Shown: positions 23,897 through 36,075, numbered from the stretch's first letter. The stretch: DNA of 64,000 bases from an uncultured Nitrososphaerales archaeon (GCA_963713605.1 CAVQMO010000001.1:64001-128000); one strand, 5' to 3'. Notes: generated by a model not told the origin, from the sequence alone. Program-made: numbers and translations.

Positions 23897-24301
23897 CTAC
23901 GTCCTAAATTTTCGTATAATAGACATTGCATTATCCGCCAATTTTATTGTGAATGCTCCTGCGTCGTCCGTAGTAATATGAGATAAATCCTCTAGAAATT
24001 TGGCCTTGTCTTTACCTCTTTCATATACTCCTGCTGATTCCTTAATGCAAAGGGGGAATTTTTGCATCTTAAACCCATTTGATTTAAGATAACTGACAAA
24101 GCTTCTATACGCATTAATGTCATACCAATCGATTCCTCTCTCGTCACAAAACATAATCCATACATCAATAGTGTTTTGAAAAAGTGCTTTTGAACGAAGA
24201 AGATCCAGCGCCAATGATAGATTACGAATAAAAGTAAAGACCTTTCGGCTTATTGAATTTATTGGTATGTTATCCTCGACTTTATGCCTTGAATAGTTCA
24301 T
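23897..24301 (-). CDS. Hypothetical protein (true start may be TTG ~24213)
   Basis: Clean ORF with a globular-looking region LALDLLRSKALFQNTIDVW...FPLCIKESAGVYERG. Confidence 0.6.
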   Translation of the reverse strand: MNYSRHKVEDNIPINSISRKVFTFIRNLSLALDLLRSKALFQNTIDVWIMFCDERGIDWYDINAYRSFVSYLKSNGFKMQKFPLCIKESAGVYERGKDKAKFLEDLSHITTDDAGAFTIKLADNAMSIIRKFRT

Positions 24302-24612
24302 CGATTTAGCGAATACTGCGGTTTATACCGCTGAAATAGCGAATTAGTGGACCTAGGTCATAAAAAATGACGATTTTCGTAAATTCTTATGAAGTAAGGT
24401 AATGATGTGATGGTGCGTACTGTTATTGATGATACAGCACGATATACTTGGTATAGTTAATGCGTAAGGGTGGCGCCAGCATAGATCATGTTATACCATT
24501 ATCAGCCAGTTATGCTACAGAACACAAGGTCTAGACCTCCTCAATCCTGCGGATTTGAATTTGAATTTGATCCACGTAGAATAACCGTTGTATAGAATGC
24601 AAGTATTATACA

Positions 24613-25182
24613 TTAAATGTAGGTATGCGTCATTGACGCACCTTGAATCGTTCCTCTATTCCTCCAAATACCATTGGGATGAATTATCAAAATCCTTCGT
24701 GGAGTCCATATCGTCCTTGATTGTACTTTGATTGTTTGCGCTTCTTCTTTTTGTTGTCTTGGATACTTTTCACTGTTTGTCAGTGGGGGGTTTATTGCTT
24801 TTGTAACCATATTCTTTATATTATAATCATCTATCAATGTATCAACTAATTTAGAGAACTCTTCCCCTGGTAGTTTCACACCTGCAGGACTTGACATCTG
24901 GATAGATTCTATTGCCTTGAGCTTCCACTGGGTAGCGAAATCTTTGTTATTGTTAACAATACCAGTAGATGCTATAGAAGATGGAGCAGCAGTTGTAGGC
25001 GTGGGAGAAGGTGAAGGTGAAGACCTATCTGAGACAGGAATATTGGCATGGTAACCACTTGAATCACCTCTGCTAATTTTTTCTTGTAATTGCGCAAACG
25101 CATCGGCTATAATCGTCATTTCTTTATTATGGATATCAGAGATGATTGCAGGATATACACTAGATGATACGATTAGAAACAT
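24613..25182 (-). pseudogene. Degraded exported protein with a Ser/Pro/Thr-rich linker
   Basis: Remnant signal-like N-terminus interrupted by a stop upstream of 25182, linker SSPSPSPTPTTAAPSS, and a C-terminus that appears to drift out of frame. Confidence 0.4.
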
Positions 25183-25987
25183 TGGTCGTACACCTTAACT
25201 TCCCAATCCTAAATAGATGGAACAACTTTGTTTTCCATAACACAGAAAAGAAACCGATATTATCTACATTCGGTTACTTTGGAATACCCATTTTATGTTG
25301 GAATTCCTACATAAGATTCGATGTGTTTTTTCTAACTTAGAGTTAGTCTTAATCTGACATGCTTTATTGCAACTATACGTTCCTGCTACGTGTAATCGGT
25401 CAAGCGTAAGTTAGTGGTAAACTAAAACTGAACGTAGCACCACCCCCATTTGTGTCATCCATTTCAGTGTTATTTTATAATGATTACTAATGATCAAAAA
25501 TCTCACAGATTAATTAGTTCTGCAGTTAATTCTTATATCAATTTTGGAAGGTCGGTAGCCCTGCTGTTGCTGGGACTTAGGGGGGGTTAGATTCCAGGTA
25601 AAGCGGCTTATTACCAGTATCGGAGATACACTACCTAAAAATTGATTCAGTTCATAGAACCATGTTGTAATAGGCTTTACCGGTAGATAAACGATTCATT
25701 AAATAGCTTGTAAACTGTCTCAACTCTTTTCTCTTGATTTGGCACTCTCTGCCCAATTTCGTATAAAGTTAAATCTTGATAAATATTCTTCCTTCTAATG
25801 TTATTATGTGAGCTATTTCATAACCAATTGCTCAGATTAAGTAACCCGGCAATCTTTCTATATGCGCTAAAGTTGGATATATCGCAAACCTCTCAAAATC
25901 ACTTTTACCTGGATAGACAATGCTATAATATAACACTCTAGTTAGTGCCAATGCAGACTTTATACTTTGAGGGGAGATCTAATTCTC

Positions 25988-26277
25988 TAACTAGTTACTC
26001 CATTACATGATCTTAGCGCCGCAGTAATTTCGTTTGCAGATTGGTATTCACCTATTATTACCTGTGATAACACGTCGTTCTTACATACGTACATATGCTT
26101 CTGAAAAGTGACCTGAGGTGTATCCCGTATATGCGAACCCGACTCCTATCAGTATTGACAATCCTGCGACGACGACGATCGTATGCATCAATGTCGTATG
26201 GTTGGTTGTTAAGGGTGTATCTGTAGGTATTTCTTCCTTCTTACTTCTGGTTTTTTTACATACATCAGTCTACTCAT
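25988..26277 (-). pseudogene. Frameshifted small single-TM protein
   Basis: Segments MSRLMYVKK / ...HTIVVVAGLSILIGVGFAYTGY / CKNDVLSQVIIGEYQSANEITAALRSCNGVTS* join with two single-base corrections (A-run ~26255; GTACG ~26089). Confidence 0.4.
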
Positions 26278-26954
26278 AATGTCAAATACAGGAACGATAC
26301 TCAATAAGTTTTGTATATTCTGTGTATGATTAATAGAAAATCCTCCTTGTTTGAATAGAAGATTATGATTTATAATAACCCTTTATTCATATCAATGCTT
26401 CCCCGAATCTTGTGAACAAATGAATTTACGATACTTATATCAAGTATAATCGCAGATTTTGTAGCTGCGACATCCAATGCATTTTTGGATCCTTCGTGTC
26501 GTAATAAACTGCGTCTAATGCTTCTTTAATATAATGGGCAATTTGTGGATCCAATGTTGATGGTTGACTGCAGTCTTTCTAGATCGAATTCCGTCACTTA
26601 CTTCAAAGATTCGCTTTCTATTATTTGCTGCCTGTTGCTCCCTTTTATAATCGATAATTGTCTTTAATCCATTGTTATTAATAGCAACGATGGGTCAGTC
26701 GTTTGCGTATTATTTAACCGTAGTATAAGTTGGGATTAATTGAATTTAACTGTAGCTGGAATAAATTCCGCGACATACATCAAAATGAAGACGCAACCAG
26801 TCTTGCTAGAAACAATCAACACCAATTTGAGAAACGAAATCGCTTCATTCTACTATCGTTTAGTTTTTTCCGGTTTCAAGATCATGGCATTCACTTAACC
26901 ATCACAAACTTAGAGATTCAACAAATATATTCTAGAATTTTATACCTCTACGCG

Positions 26955-27353
26955 ATGAATGACGCTGATGAAGAGAAATTAAGAGAAAACAGAAAGTTAT
27001 GTAGGCAATTTTTGGAGCTATCACCCAAAATTAGATATGTCGGATTAATGAACAATTTTGGAAGAACTATTTCAGGACAGCTTAGAAAGGGAGTTATACC
27101 ATTGTTTTCTCCTGATGAAGCTAGAGATGAGAACTTTCTGGAAGCCACTAGGAATCTGCTAAGAAAGAAATTTGAAAAGGCCATAGGTAAGACAAGATTC
27201 ACAATTACTGAAAATGAAAAGGTCAAAATAGTATCGATACCAATAACTAGAGGATTTTTCTATATTACCTTGGAAAAAGACACAGAGAATGAAGAAATCC
27301 TAAAGATAATTGAATCTATTAAAACGCATGAAGATCCCATCTTGAGCAATTGA
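26955..27353 (+). CDS. Thaumarchaeal DUF6659-like (roadblock/profilin-like) protein
   Basis: LC..FL.LSPKIRYVGLMNNFGRTISGQLRKGVIPL...RKKFEKAIGKTRFTITENEKVKIVSIP, a pattern typical of this multicopy AOA family. ATG 26955 follows an AT-rich TATA-like run. Confidence 0.7.
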   Translation: MNDADEEKLRENRKLCRQFLELSPKIRYVGLMNNFGRTISGQLRKGVIPLFSPDEARDENFLEATRNLLRKKFEKAIGKTRFTITENEKVKIVSIPITRGFFYITLEKDTENEEILKIIESIKTHEDPILSN

Positions 27354-27385
27354 GAATAAACTAACGATATGCATTGCAGCCTTGT

Positions 27386-27844
27386 CTATTTCGAAAAAGC
27401 GACAAGCTTTCCTCTCATTTCTCTATCTTTAGAAACGGATCTATGCATGGGATCAACCAACACGACCTCAAACCACTGATGCATTCCGTCCTTATGCAAG
27501 TAATAAGATCCCACTACTTCTAAATTTGGAAACTTCTCACCCACTCTTCTTTCTGCGACTTTTCGCATACTAGTCCCTTGTTTTATACGTACAACCCCTA
27601 AGTGTTTGGGTCTTCTCCCTGCCACGGGTCTTTGTTTTCTCATTCCGCCTCTGCCCACTCTTGCACGCACCACAACTATGCCTTGTTTAGCCTTATAACC
27701 AATCTTTCGAGCACGATCTAGTCTACTCGGTCTTGGAATCCTATGAATTGAAGGTTCTTTCCTCCAATTAATTGCCTTTCCCTTTAGTTCATCTGAATTT
27801 GATTTCCACATTTTAAGCCAGGTGTCAGCAATGTATTGTCGCAT
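27386..27844 (-). CDS. rpl15e: 50S ribosomal protein eL15
   Basis: RPSRLDRARKIGYKAKQG, VAERRVGEKFPNLEVVGSY, WFEVVLVDP. Confidence 0.95.
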   Translation of the reverse strand: MRQYIADTWLKMWKSNSDELKGKAINWRKEPSIHRIPRPSRLDRARKIGYKAKQGIVVVRARVGRGGMRKQRPVAGRRPKHLGVVRIKQGTSMRKVAERRVGEKFPNLEVVGSYYLHKDGMHQWFEVVLVDPMHRSVSKDREMRGKLVAFSK

Positions 27845-28609
27845 AAGGTGTGGGTAAGAAGAAAAACCCCTAATAATTGTATTGGATGGTTGAAAGAGGT
27901 CAGCCTTGATACGTACATGTTCATTAAACCAAGTATCAAAAAGTGAATCCTCATACTTTGCAGCTTCTGCATTATGCGGCGGCTTAAGTTCTTTTCCAAG
28001 TTTTCCACCTAAGGTACATATTCCGATATTCCTTCGTTTTATAGGACGTTCAATAAACTCAGTCTCTATTACATGAGTTTGCTTCTGTTATTTTGTTCTC
28101 GAATACTACTCTCAATTCATCTCGATTTTTCGATAATAGATCAAACTTTCATGGATCTAATGGACCTTACATAATTAGTATATCATAGATAATTCCAAAT
28201 TACACAGATTAACTTCTAGTGATTGAAGCCTATTCTGCAGTTATCGACAAGAAGGCAAACTTATTGAGGGAGCAAGTCTACGAAGAATTGACAGCAGGTG
28301 ATACTGCTGTGATAAGATTCCTAACTCGTGAATAAAATACTGAATCAGACAATCTCATTTGGGTATCTCTATATACAGGCGACTGAAGCATCTACATCTA
28401 ACAAATTCAAAAGCCTTGCGTAAATATTAATTCACGTACATAGTAGTAACATTACGTAATTGTTGATTCATCAGAGTCTCCTACTAATGAGTAATCCATA
28501 AATGGTTAATAATGTACTAGCATATTAAATGACAACGATTTATGGCAGTTAAATAATTAAGTATTTATTATTACAACATAAAGAGATAGCTGGAAGAATG
28601 TGGAAGAAT

Positions 28610-29209
28610 TTATGAGGAAGAAAGATTGCCTCTTTTAGATTCGTATTCTTTTATGGCTCCTTCCAATTCAAGAGTTAGCCCTATTTCATCTAAACCTTGC
28701 ATTAACATCCTTTTGTGAAAGCCATTAATGAGAAAACTAAATGACCGATCACGACAATCTACTTTTTGTTTATTTAAATCAACTATGATGTCCTCATCTT
28801 CAGAATTTTTAAATAGAAATTCTACCTCTTGGTGTTCGAGCTGGATAGGTAAGAGTGCATTCTTGAAGCAGTTATTATAGAAGATATCTGCGAATGAAGG
28901 AGCAATGAGGACAATAACCCCAAAATCTCTTAATGCCCATACCGCATGTTCGCGGGAGCTCCCGCTGCCAAAATTATCCCGAGTAAGAAGGATTCGTCTT
29001 CCCGCGTATCTCTTGTCGTTTAGAACAAAGTCAGTTGAAAGCGTTCCATTGTCTTGATATCGCCAATTGTAAAAAAGAAATTCGCCATAGCCCTCCTTCT
29101 TTACCATCTTAAGAAACTGCTTTGGAATGATCTGGTCAGTATCAACGTTTATGATATCCAACGGGATTGCCTTATCGCGTATGAAATTGAAGGGTTTCAT
29201 TTTACCCAA
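28610..29209 (-). CDS. leuD: 3-isopropylmalate dehydratase small subunit
   Basis: NVDTDQIIPKQFL, NFGSGSSREHAVWAL, SFADIFYNN, GLDEIGLTL. Confidence 0.95.
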   Translation of the reverse strand: MGKMKPFNFIRDKAIPLDIINVDTDQIIPKQFLKMVKKEGYGEFLFYNWRYQDNGTLSTDFVLNDKRYAGRRILLTRDNFGSGSSREHAVWALRDFGVIVLIAPSFADIFYNNCFKNALLPIQLEHQEVEFLFKNSEDEDIIVDLNKQKVDCRDRSFSFLINGFHKRMLMQGLDEIGLTLELEGAIKEYESKRGNLSSS

Positions 29210-29221
29210 GTTCCAATCGAT

Positions 29222-30667
29222 CTAAAACCAATCTCTCACATCAACAAATTTTCCTTCCACTGCTGCAGCCGCGGCCATGATTGGGCTAACTAAATGAGTC
29301 CTTCCGCCAAATCCTTGTCGTCCTTCAAAGTTGCGATTAGATGTACTTGCACATCTCTGCTTAGGAGCAAGTATATCGGGATTCATTCCTAGGCACATGC
29401 TACATCCAGATTCGCGCCATTCGAAGCCAGCCTTCTTAAAAATTATATCGATACCTTTCTCTTCAGCAGCCCTTTTCACAGATTGAGAACCAGGAACCAC
29501 CATTGCATTGACCCTTGACGAGACAGTCCTTCCCTCAATCATTCTAGACGCATCTATTAAATCTTCCAACCTAGCATTCGTGCAAGATCCAATAAACACA
29601 CGATCTATGTTTATCTCGGTTATAGGCACGCCAGGCTCTAGACCCATGTACTCCAATGCCCTCTTGGCTGATTTTTCTTGCTCGATATTTCCATCAGCAA
29701 ATTCTTCTGGGTACGGGATATTTTCTGTGACATCTACAACCATCGAAGGATTTGTCCCCCAACTGACCTGAGGGGCTAGTTTCGAAAGATCCATGCTGAT
29801 GGATTTGTCGAAACAAGTTTCAGAATCCGTAATTAGAGAAGATTGCCAATACTCAATTAGCTTATCTAACTTTTCTCCGGAGGGCGCAAATGGACGTCCT
29901 CTAATGTAATCGAAGGTAACATCATCTGGAGCCATCAAACCAGCCCTTGCTCCACCCTCAATAGACATGTTACAGATTGTCATTCTTTGCTCCATTGAAA
30001 GAGTGGAAATTCCTTCACCACTGTACTCAATCACCGAACCTATCCCGCCAGATATGCCCATATTTCTAATTGTTGCAAGAATAATATCTTTAGCAGATAA
30101 TCCTCGACGGTCGTTAATTGTTCCAACGAATTTGATGTTGAGGCTCTTGGGCTTTTGCATCCAGAGACATTGTGTAGCAAGTACGTGTTCGACATCACTT
30201 GTTCCTATACCCATCGCTAACGCTCCAAATGCACCGTGAGTGGATGTATGGCTATCTCCACAAACAATTGTCATTCCTGGCAGAGTAAGGCCCAGTTCCG
30301 GACCGATGACATGGACTATGCCCTGTTGCGGGCTGAGCATATCAAAGAGCGTGATGTCAAACTCTTTACAGTTGTCACTCAATGCATGCATTTGTACTGT
30401 GGAGTCACCATCGATTAATGGAATAGAACGGTTAGTTGTTGGAACATTGTGATCCATCGTTGCGAACGTCAGCTCTGGGCGTCTGACCGTTCGTCCACGT
30501 TGCTTCAAGCCAGCAAAAGCTTGAGGGGATGTGACCTCGTGTATGAGATGACAATCTATGTAAAGTAGAGATGGATTACCGTACGCTGTGTCCATTCCTT
30601 GATAAACTACATGATTATCCCAAATCTTATCAAACAGCGTCCTTTCCATCACTACAGCAATGACCAT
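29222..30667 (-). CDS. leuC: 3-isopropylmalate dehydratase large subunit
   Basis: HEVTSPQAF, CGDSHTSTHGAFG, IGSCTNARLED, GCSMCLGMNPD, STSNRNFEGRQG. Confidence 0.96.
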   Translation of the reverse strand: MVIAVVMERTLFDKIWDNHVVYQGMDTAYGNPSLLYIDCHLIHEVTSPQAFAGLKQRGRTVRRPELTFATMDHNVPTTNRSIPLIDGDSTVQMHALSDNCKEFDITLFDMLSPQQGIVHVIGPELGLTLPGMTIVCGDSHTSTHGAFGALAMGIGTSDVEHVLATQCLWMQKPKSLNIKFVGTINDRRGLSAKDIILATIRNMGISGGIGSVIEYSGEGISTLSMEQRMTICNMSIEGGARAGLMAPDDVTFDYIRGRPFAPSGEKLDKLIEYWQSSLITDSETCFDKSISMDLSKLAPQVSWGTNPSMVVDVTENIPYPEEFADGNIEQEKSAKRALEYMGLEPGVPITEINIDRVFIGSCTNARLEDLIDASRMIEGRTVSSRVNAMVVPGSQSVKRAAEEKGIDIIFKKAGFEWRESGCSMCLGMNPDILAPKQRCASTSNRNFEGRQGFGGRTHLVSPIMAAAAAVEGKFVDVRDWF

Positions 30668-30842
30668 TTACTCGAATATAATTATTAGGAGTACAATCTG
30701 AAATTATAGCGATAACGTACGTGTTGAATTTTGACGTCTGATATCGGAAACGGTTAGGCCATCGACTTAGAACCAATCCGGCTTTTCAGAAGATAATAGA
30801 TTGGACAATACTTAAATTTAGTACCCGTTTCATACCTGTAGG

Positions 30843-31502
30843 ATGGATCTACAGAATAGCGGATACTCGAAGTATGTTCTAGAGCATATGAAGAAAGGTA
30901 CTACTACATGTGCCTTAACCTGTAGTGATGGAGTAGTTCTTGCTGCTGACACAAGGGCAAGTGCAGGATTCTTCATAGCAGATAGACATGTCATGAAAAT
31001 TCAGAAGGTCGATAGGCATCTAGGCATGACAATAGCAGGGGGTGTAGCAGACGCTCAAAATCTTGTCGACATCATGAGGTATAATGCCAATATATTTAGA
31101 CTTTCGAACAGAAAATTGATGCCAGTCAAGTCTGCCGCTAGGCTGTGCTCTAACGTGCTCTTCAATCAAAGATATTTCCCTTATTACGTGCAGATCATAA
31201 TGGCTGGCTATGACTCCGAGGAAGTAGCCAAGATTTATAACATTGATCTATTTGGGTCAATGACTACTGAAAACTTTATCTCTACTGGAAGTGGTTCCCC
31301 CGTTGCATACGGATACTTAGAATCTGAATTCCGAAATGACTTGAATGTAGACGATGGCTACAAATTAGCTATCCGTGCAATTGCTGGAGCCATCCGAAGA
31401 AATGCGGGCACGGGCGACGGTATTAACGTTGTTATTATAGATAAGGACGGATTTAGAGAACTCCCCAAGGAGAAGAAGGAGGCAGTGAAAGTAGCTAATT
31501 AA
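30843..31502 (+). CDS. psmB: Proteasome beta subunit
   Basis: Propeptide followed by G|TTT, VVLAADTRAS, GGVADAQ, STGSGSPVAYG. Confidence 0.95.
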   Translation: MDLQNSGYSKYVLEHMKKGTTTCALTCSDGVVLAADTRASAGFFIADRHVMKIQKVDRHLGMTIAGGVADAQNLVDIMRYNANIFRLSNRKLMPVKSAARLCSNVLFNQRYFPYYVQIIMAGYDSEEVAKIYNIDLFGSMTTENFISTGSGSPVAYGYLESEFRNDLNVDDGYKLAIRAIAGAIRRNAGTGDGINVVIIDKDGFRELPKEKKEAVKVAN

Positions 31503-31760
31503 GTATGGCAACGTTAAGAAAAATGTACTCATAACGGATAATAATTTCTGGGAACTCGCTCCGTTGGGGCGGAATTTTTGCCAATTCTGGGTGGTCCAGG
31601 TGTGAGCTCCATCATGAGACTTGGCTATGGTTCTTGCCTCATTACAACAATTATTACTACAACACTATGAAATTATTTTTTCCCTATTTTGTGCTTCGTG
31701 CAATATAAAACAGGATCCAAATTATTGCACAAGTCAGGTTTTAGTTGCAACTCCAATAAA

Positions 31761-33339
31761 CTATCTACTGTCATCCTCATATTCAAGAATTGTTATATTG
31801 CCATGATTTAGTGGATTGCGATTCAGAGTGTTTCTAACAGCCTTGTTCGCGTAGATTACAATTTCTTCAAAACGGTTCGAGTTCACAAATGCTTTCAAAG
31901 ACTTGATAGTTTGGTCATACGAATACTCCATCGCTTCGTCATCAGAATTAGCCCGTTTCGACAGATTGTGAGCAGCGGGATATATATCACATAATTCAAC
32001 CGGAATTATTCCCAAGAAAGCGTTATACGAGCAAATCTGAAATCCTTCATATTCGTGTACAAGATCAATGTATTGATTACTAGAATAAAACGGCTTTAAG
32101 TCTTGTTCTGGATAGAACAACACGCGTGACTTAGACGACTTGAACCTGGCAACCATCTCCCTGTATTGCTTTGCTTCTGGCCTGTAACAATCTATTGATT
32201 CAAAGAAAAAAGCCGCCTTACTTTTGAATCTCTTGGTCCCAGATTCTATACTTGGATGATCTTTTATGTAAGCCAAGGCCTCCATGAGCTTTGGGTGGGA
32301 GCGTGCTTTCTGTACTACATATTCCCACAGTCTGCCATCCACTATCGCTTGTTTCAATATATTGATCTCCAATTTCAAAATATACAGATTATGTTTTGCC
32401 AGTTCAATTGTCCTAGTACCATGATCCATACTACGAAATTCCTTTGCAGAATGAAAAACTACATACAGGACAGCTACAAGGAAGATAGGTCAATTCATTG
32501 AGTTTAGCAGTTCCATAGGGGGTAATGTATCTATTGTCACGTGCATATAATATATAGGAAGCAGAATCAAAGCTGTCGCATCCCAGCGCCACAGCAAGGG
32601 AAATGGCAAGTGGGTGACCTGCCCCAAAAAGGTGTAAGGGTTTGTTGGGTATTGACTCCTTAGCTGTTAGGATCATCTTCGCCAATAACCGGAAATCATA
32701 TGCCTCCATGACTTCGACAGGACTCCCAAGCGCAAAAAAATCGAATCCGAGTTTAGCAAGTTCCTTAGTGGAATACTTGATTAAATCGAGATGTTCTGCC
32801 CCTTGAATAGTACCAACCCAAATTGGCCTCTTTATGTCACTCATTCCATCTGCAGCTAATTGATTTCGATGATCAAGTTGATTTTTAACTATATTTATAG
32901 TGGATTTGGCATTTAGGAGTGTCTCCTCTACAAAATCTGTGGCACGCCCATAATCTAATCTATAGCCAGTTGGTCTGTCTAGCATCACGGGCAGATCACT
33001 TTTAATGTCAAATTGGAATTTTGCCATGGTTTCTGGCCCTATTTCAATATCGCCGTACTCCAACACCTGATACCCTCCCGAATCAGTCATTACTATTCCG
33101 TCAAAATCGATTAGATTATGTATACCACTTTGTATTGCTTGCTCTTTATGACGCTTAAGCGTAATATACGCATTGGTGATTACAGCATTGAATCCTAAAT
33201 CTCTTAAAAACTGAGGTCGTATTACTTGATCGATGGGATGAACAACAGGAAGAAAAGCCGGAGTCTCCAGGACTCCGTGCATTGTCTTCAATTGCCCTAT
33301 TCTACCTGCTAGGTCAGTATATCTGACCTCGAAGGACAA
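31761..33339 (-). CDS. tgtA: Archaeosine tRNA-guanine(15) transglycosylase lacking the C2/PUA domains; frameshift at ~32455
   Basis: ETPAFLPV, MTDSGGYQVL, HLFGAGHP, GCDSFDSASY, Zn site CSCPVC...HNL, GRLWEYV..KARSHPKL. Confidence 0.92.
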
Positions 33340-33341
33340 AT

Positions 33342-33755
33342 TTACTTCCTGTTCTCCCTCATGAACTCATCATAAATGACTCTAACTCTATCGGCTGCTA
33401 AACCAGATCCTTCTTCTACACCAGTTTCTGTTACTTTTATCTTATCCATAACTATAATCGCGCCCACATCCTCTCTAATCCTTACAAGACCGGGAAAAAC
33501 CTTGGAGAGTCTTTCGGAAAGGGCTTTAAAATCAAAGGGCTTCTCCATTAGTTTAATCTCCTTCACATATACTCCATTGATGATCATTTTCAGTATTCCA
33601 GTACCTTCAACGTCATTTAGGACCAAGTCAAGTCTCTCGTCGATGCCAGTTAAAGTTCCTTTATATACTCTCTGATCGGAAGTTTCTACAGAAACCTTTT
33701 TACCAAGAAACTGAATCGCTTCTTCCCCAAATTTGCGTATTAACACTGTGGACAT
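33342..33755 (-). CDS. Lsm/Sm-like RNA-binding protein with a C-terminal extension (SmAP3 type)
   Basis: Sm fold (GKKVSVET...YKGTLTGIDERLDLVL...IINGVYV) plus C-domain PFDFKALSERLSKVFPG. Confidence 0.85.
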   Translation of the reverse strand: MSTVLIRKFGEEAIQFLGKKVSVETSDQRVYKGTLTGIDERLDLVLNDVEGTGILKMIINGVYVKEIKLMEKPFDFKALSERLSKVFPGLVRIREDVGAIIVMDKIKVTETGVEEGSGLAADRVRVIYDEFMRENRK

Positions 33756-33907
33756 AATCTTTACACCGGCTTTATAGACTTGGATATATATATTTGAATT
33801 ACAATGAGGGCGTGGCTAAGAAACATCATAAGAATACACAAGAACCAATTCCTCGGGTTACAATTGAATGACTCGGTGCCCACTGGATGACACGACGGTC
33901 TTAAAAA

Positions 33908-34526
33908 TTACGAATATTCTAGGAATCGTCCTACGTCACCTTTTTCGTATACCATAGATAGCCAATCTACAACCCCAATTTTTCTACTCGTCTTAATACT
34001 TATTAAGGAAATTATCTTCTCACAAACCTCTGCAGGTGTAGATTGAGTCGTATCTAACTCAGCGAGTTTTTCTATTCCAAAGCACTGTAACTGAGTCGTA
34101 CAGCGTTATTCCTAAAATTTCGCTGGCGACATTTTCTCTGATCTTTTCGGCAGAATATTTCCTGTTTTCTAAGGTGCTAAGAATGGCATATGGAGACTTG
34201 CGCAATACTACCGCTAAGTCAATCCATTCCTTTTTCAGGACATAAGGAGCTATATGCCCCACAATTATTGTTCTTTGTGATTCTCCAAGCTTCGACTCTA
34301 TAATATTTGCTATCTTATTTGAATCAATTTCTATGTTAGGTATTTGCAGAAAGGCATGATATTTAATAGCCAAATCATTAATATCAATAACCGTAAAGTC
34401 CAAAATTTTTCTTAGCTCCAACGCCGTGGTGTGTTTACCAACGCCGGGATTCCCAGTTATGACCAATCTAAATGAATCCGAAATATTGCCATCCAAAACG
34501 ACTTGATTATTAGACTTTGAATTCAT
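33908..34526 (-). CDS. AK6/Fap7-type adenylate kinase, frameshift at ~34089
   Basis: VITGNPGVGKHT, IIVGH, VVLR, RKYSAEKIRENVASE. The corrected C-terminus ELDTT...GVVDWL stops at 33908. Confidence 0.88.
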
Positions 34527-34776
34527 TTATGAAACTATCTATTGAGATTTTACATTTGCGAAATCTTCGAGATTAAGGAAATAAGATGGTGGCAAATAGT
34601 CAATATCTGTCAATCGAAATCGTGAAGGTGAAGTTATCGGATCTTTGAAATATCATATGCAAATCTGGAGATGCACAAGAGCAATATTATCTAATGTAGA
34701 TAAATTCTCTTCACACTTGCTTTGAGCGCTTTTCATATACCATTAAATCCCCCAATGACAGGATTGAAACCGAAAA

Positions 34777-35611
34777 TTAATCAAAGTGTACTTCCCATAG
34801 CTTATCACTTGCTCGCACAGAAGGTAGCCTGATATTATATTGAAACCCGCACTGATCAAGTATGTGCTCAAACTCAAATTTTTCAGTCTCTGAAATGGGA
34901 CCTTCTTTTTTTAACCAATTCATCAAGTGAGAATAGATTTTGTCTTTCAGGTTTTCGTCGCGCACATAGACGTACCAGAGGTTATGTGCAGATCGAAGGT
35001 CTGTCAGCAAATTTCTAAGGATACTGTCATTAATCAACTGTTGTGTATAGTATCTGTTCATTAACTCATGATTTACATCAATCCACGAAGGAGTCCGCCA
35101 CCAAGCAACACGGCTGTATCCAAATTCTTCATATTCACAACCACTATGGATTCCGCACTGTCCACCTTGGTCAAAAGTGGTTATGACACATTTGGCCATA
35201 TTCAGCTACACGAAGCCTGAAGTCTACCCCCGGCTCCATCCATCCAACGAATGCAACATCTATTGGTTGGCTCACACATTCTATCGGGAGTGACACAATG
35301 TGTTCAGGTTTGGGTCTGTTTAAGCGATAGTAAATTGTTGCGTCTTTTTCTATACCGATTGCGCTGGGGATATACCGAATGACTTTGTTAAGAAAGTCTC
35401 CATATCCACAGCCTATGTCCAAGTACTGCGGGTTGGAGGATATTGCTCTTGCAATAGTAACGATCCTCAAAACATCAATTTTGCGGTAGGCAAAGTATGT
35501 ACCTTCAAAAAAAGGAAAAATATATCGAGCGTGACCTTGATAGCGTGAACTTGTAGTAAAATTTAGATACTCTTGATATGCATTAAGCAAGTCCTGGCGA
35601 TCGAATGGCAT
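34777..35611 (-). CDS. Class I SAM-dependent methyltransferase, frameshift at ~35203
   Basis: YLDIGCGYGDFL and AIGIEKD. The two ORFs join as ...RVANMAKCVITTF. Confidence 0.75.
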
Positions 35612-35731
35612 ATGCTCCTTAGTCTACCTTTTTTGTTATATCTGTAATTAACTAATATACCAAACTCGACATAGTAAAATAATATCTTGTACCCCCAAAA
35701 GGCTTATTAACTTCCAATAGAATGTGGACAT

Positions 35732-35950
35732 ATGGTTAGAAAATTCGAAGAATGGTGGGCTACTGTTCCTGACGATTTGAAAAGGAAGAGTCGACAAGGT
35801 GATGAGCAAAACAAGCCATTGCTGAATCAGGTTAACTATGTACTATTGCATCTTCATTTAGCTGGGAAACATGATGCCAAGCCAAGTCACGATGAGCTGA
35901 AGGATTGGCTGCACAGCGGACAAGTAGATGTTCTTAGAATGAATAAATAA
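35732..35950 (+). CDS. Small hypothetical protein (72 aa)
   Basis: TTATTAA about 25 bp upstream, T-rich terminator downstream, protein-like composition. Confidence 0.7.
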   Translation: MVRKFEEWWATVPDDLKRKSRQGDEQNKPLLNQVNYVLLHLHLAGKHDAKPSHDELKDWLHSGQVDVLRMNK

Positions 35951-36075
35951 GTTTTTAGTAACTTTTTGCACCCGCTTTTTTTATTTCTTCAGCTTTTGCG
36001 TTGATATAACGCTGTTTTACGATTGACATAGTGTTTAAATACTCTTGAGGAGATGCACCATTAGTGAATTAGAAG

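Noticed and set aside
27845..28087. Open frame of about 80 codons continuing upstream in frame with rpl15e
   Set aside because: It has no start codon, and eL15 begins normally at 27844. Probably chance or a remnant.
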